DNA of 64,000 nucleotides from Cyanophora paradoxa CCMP329 (Eukaryota; Plantae; Glaucophyta), in the NCBI GenBank assembly GCA_004431415.1, contig QPMI01000537.1:34622-98621 (forward strand), written 5' to 3'. The notes beneath the pieces were generated by a model. It was not told the origin of the DNA, made no database searches, and saw only the letters and a program-made list of their open reading frames with translations. How positions within the stretch are numbered: position 1 is the first letter of the stretch; the number at the start of each line of letters is the position of its first letter. Made by a program: the position numbers and the translations under genes. Below, piece after piece: positions 62,101 to 64,000 of the stretch.

Positions 62101-63379
62101 TGCGCGAGCGAGCGAGCCGAGCCGAGCCGGTCCTCGGCTCTGATTTGATCTCGCTGACGGGCGGGCGGGCGGACCCGGGGGGCGCAGAGTGCATGGCAGG
62201 GGCGGGCCAGCTCGAGGAGGCGGGGCGGGAGGCGGAGCGGGCCGAGCGGGCGCTCGCCGGCGCCGGCGCCAGCGCGGACGCCCTCCAGAGGTGCGCATGC
62301 GCGGTCCGGTCGCCCTCCCTCCAAGGCTCGACGGGCGCGCCCTGAGCCGCAGCGGCAGGGTTCAGGATCAGCGGCGCGTCATCGCGGGCGAGCTGCTGCA
62401 GCGCGAGGAGGCGAAGAAGCGGGAGGAGGCGCAGAGGCGGGAGGAAATGGCGGCGAAGAGGAAGGAGGAGGAAGAGGAGGCGCTGCGCGCGAAGGAACAG
62501 CGGCGCGCGCAGGAGCGGCGGCAGCTGCAGCGGAAGGAGCAGAAGCGAGAAGAGGCGCGCCCGCAGGCGGAGGGAGCCGAGCGGCAGCGTGCGGCGGAGC
62601 AGCTGCAGCAGCGGAGGCGCGAGGAAGAGCGGCGGGCCGCGCAGGCAGCTGCAGCCGCGGCAGCGCCAGCGGAGACCTCAAGCCCGCCGCCTTCCGAGGC
62701 CGGCCCCAGCTCGGGCCGTTGGTCGGAGGCTGCGGCTGCGGCTGCCGCCTGCCGCTTCTTCGCGAGGGGCCTCTGCCGCAACGGCGACCGCTGCCGGTGC
62801 GGGAGGTTGGGCGGGCCGGGGCTTCGAATTCCCCCGCGCGCCCCTAGCCTCTCGCGCGGTCGTCCCGCCCCTCTGTCGACTGTTTGTTTGGCAGGTACCG
62901 GCACGAGGCGAGGGCGGACGCCGGGGCGGGGGCGGGCGACCTCGAGCCTGGGCCCGCGCCGGCGCCTTTCGCGGCCCCCGAGGGGGCAGATCCAGGGCCC
63001 GCGGGCGAGCCCGGGCCCGAGTGCGCCATCTGCCTCGGGCCCCTGTCTGCCGGCCCGCCCGCCGCCGCCCTCCCCTGCCGCCGTGCGCCCCGCACCCAAA
63101 GCGTCTCTTGCTTCTCTAATTATAATGCCTAAGATTTACCTTGCGCTTGCATCTCCGCAGACCGCTTCCACGGCCCCTGCATCGAGGCGTGGAGAAGGGC
63201 GATCGCGAGCTCGGGCGGGGCCGCCGCCGGCCGCCGCCCCTGCCCCTTCCGCTGCCCCCTCCCGGCGCGCCCCACTCGGCCCTACCTGCCCCCGGCCTCT
63301 TCTCCACTCGAGCCTCTTCCCAGTAATTTATTCGCCTTTCAGGCGTTTAGCTTGCAATTGCTGCACGACAGCCGATTAG
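59191..63379 (+). CDS. Duplicate copy of TPR-CCCH-RING gene (with small indels)
   Basis: Same exons and motifs as 36800-41017. Confidence 0.65.
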
Positions 63380-64000
63380 CTGACGTCTTATCGTCTGCTC
63401 TGACCTATAGCTATATATATCAAGGGGGGTCGACTGCTTTTCCCCGCAGCGCTGGCAAACGCACAAGCACACTGCGACCGCATGTAAAGCGCAGGCTGCG
63501 CAGCCCGCCGAGCGATCGACTCGGCGACCTGCTGCCGGCGCCTACGGCATGCGCAGCCGCGCGCTAGATATGCAGCTGCGGGCCTAGGCGCGAACGGTAC
63601 CGACAGCTTGCATGTGATCATGACCAGGACAGTCGGATATCTAGATCTTATAAATCAACCGCGCGACCCTGAGAAGAGGGCGCCGCGCGGGGAGGGGGCG
63701 CGGCCCAGCGCGGCTCTAGCTTGCTAGCTTGGTCCTAAGAAACCTGGTCTTGCAGCCCAGAACGACCCTAAGAAGAGGGCGCCGGGCGGGGGCGAGGCGC
63801 GATGCTCTAGCTTGGCCGGCCCGGGCGGGGGTGGGGGTGGGGCGGGGGGCGCCGCGCAGGCCGTGAACAGTTCGCATTTGGACACGTACTCAAAACGCAG
63901 GTCCGGGCTACAAGTGTGGGAATGTACACTGCGGCCGCCGCGCGGGCCCAGCCACCAGCGAACTGGCCGGCCGCCCTGCGTGGCCCCTAAGGAGAGTAAT

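Larger units (their letters stand above)
57438..64000 (+). repeat. Segmental duplication of ~35036-41650 (5' part of the ARL13-like gene, whole TPR-CCCH-RING gene, start of the dispersed repeat)
   Basis: Colinear near-identity; identical ORF translations (e.g. 36799 vs 59190). Confidence 0.95.

Overview
This window is very GC-rich eukaryotic (protist/algal-type) genomic DNA with many short spliceosomal introns (GT-AG plus apparent GC-AG). Frequent homopolymer indels look like long-read error, and most long ORFs in the ORF track are GC artefacts. In order, it holds: a ~24-copy ~139-bp tandem array abutting an intron-containing, 3'-truncated Bro-N + Ulp1/C48 protease + tyrosine-recombinase gene (Crypton/virus-like mobile element candidate); a WD40/IQ gene; a dispersed ~1 kb repeat; DUF1772-like, B12D/NDUFA4-like, F-box/LRR, ALG9 and Cyp33-type RRM genes; an ~11 kb minus-strand gene model fusing an ARL13-like GTPase, a long coiled coil and a degenerate glutathione-synthetase domain; a TPR-CCCH-RING gene; and a very young gag-only LTR retrotransposon (280/281-bp LTRs, TGCAT TSD). 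That element's primer-binding site has tRNA-Sec-like geometry, and it carries internal anti-PBS and multiple PPT copies. After it come a second F-box-like gene, a TA-flanked MITE, a 2.6-kb tandem triplication and a 6.6-kb segmental duplication, the last two possibly assembly-related. All calls come from manual motif reading; no searches were run.
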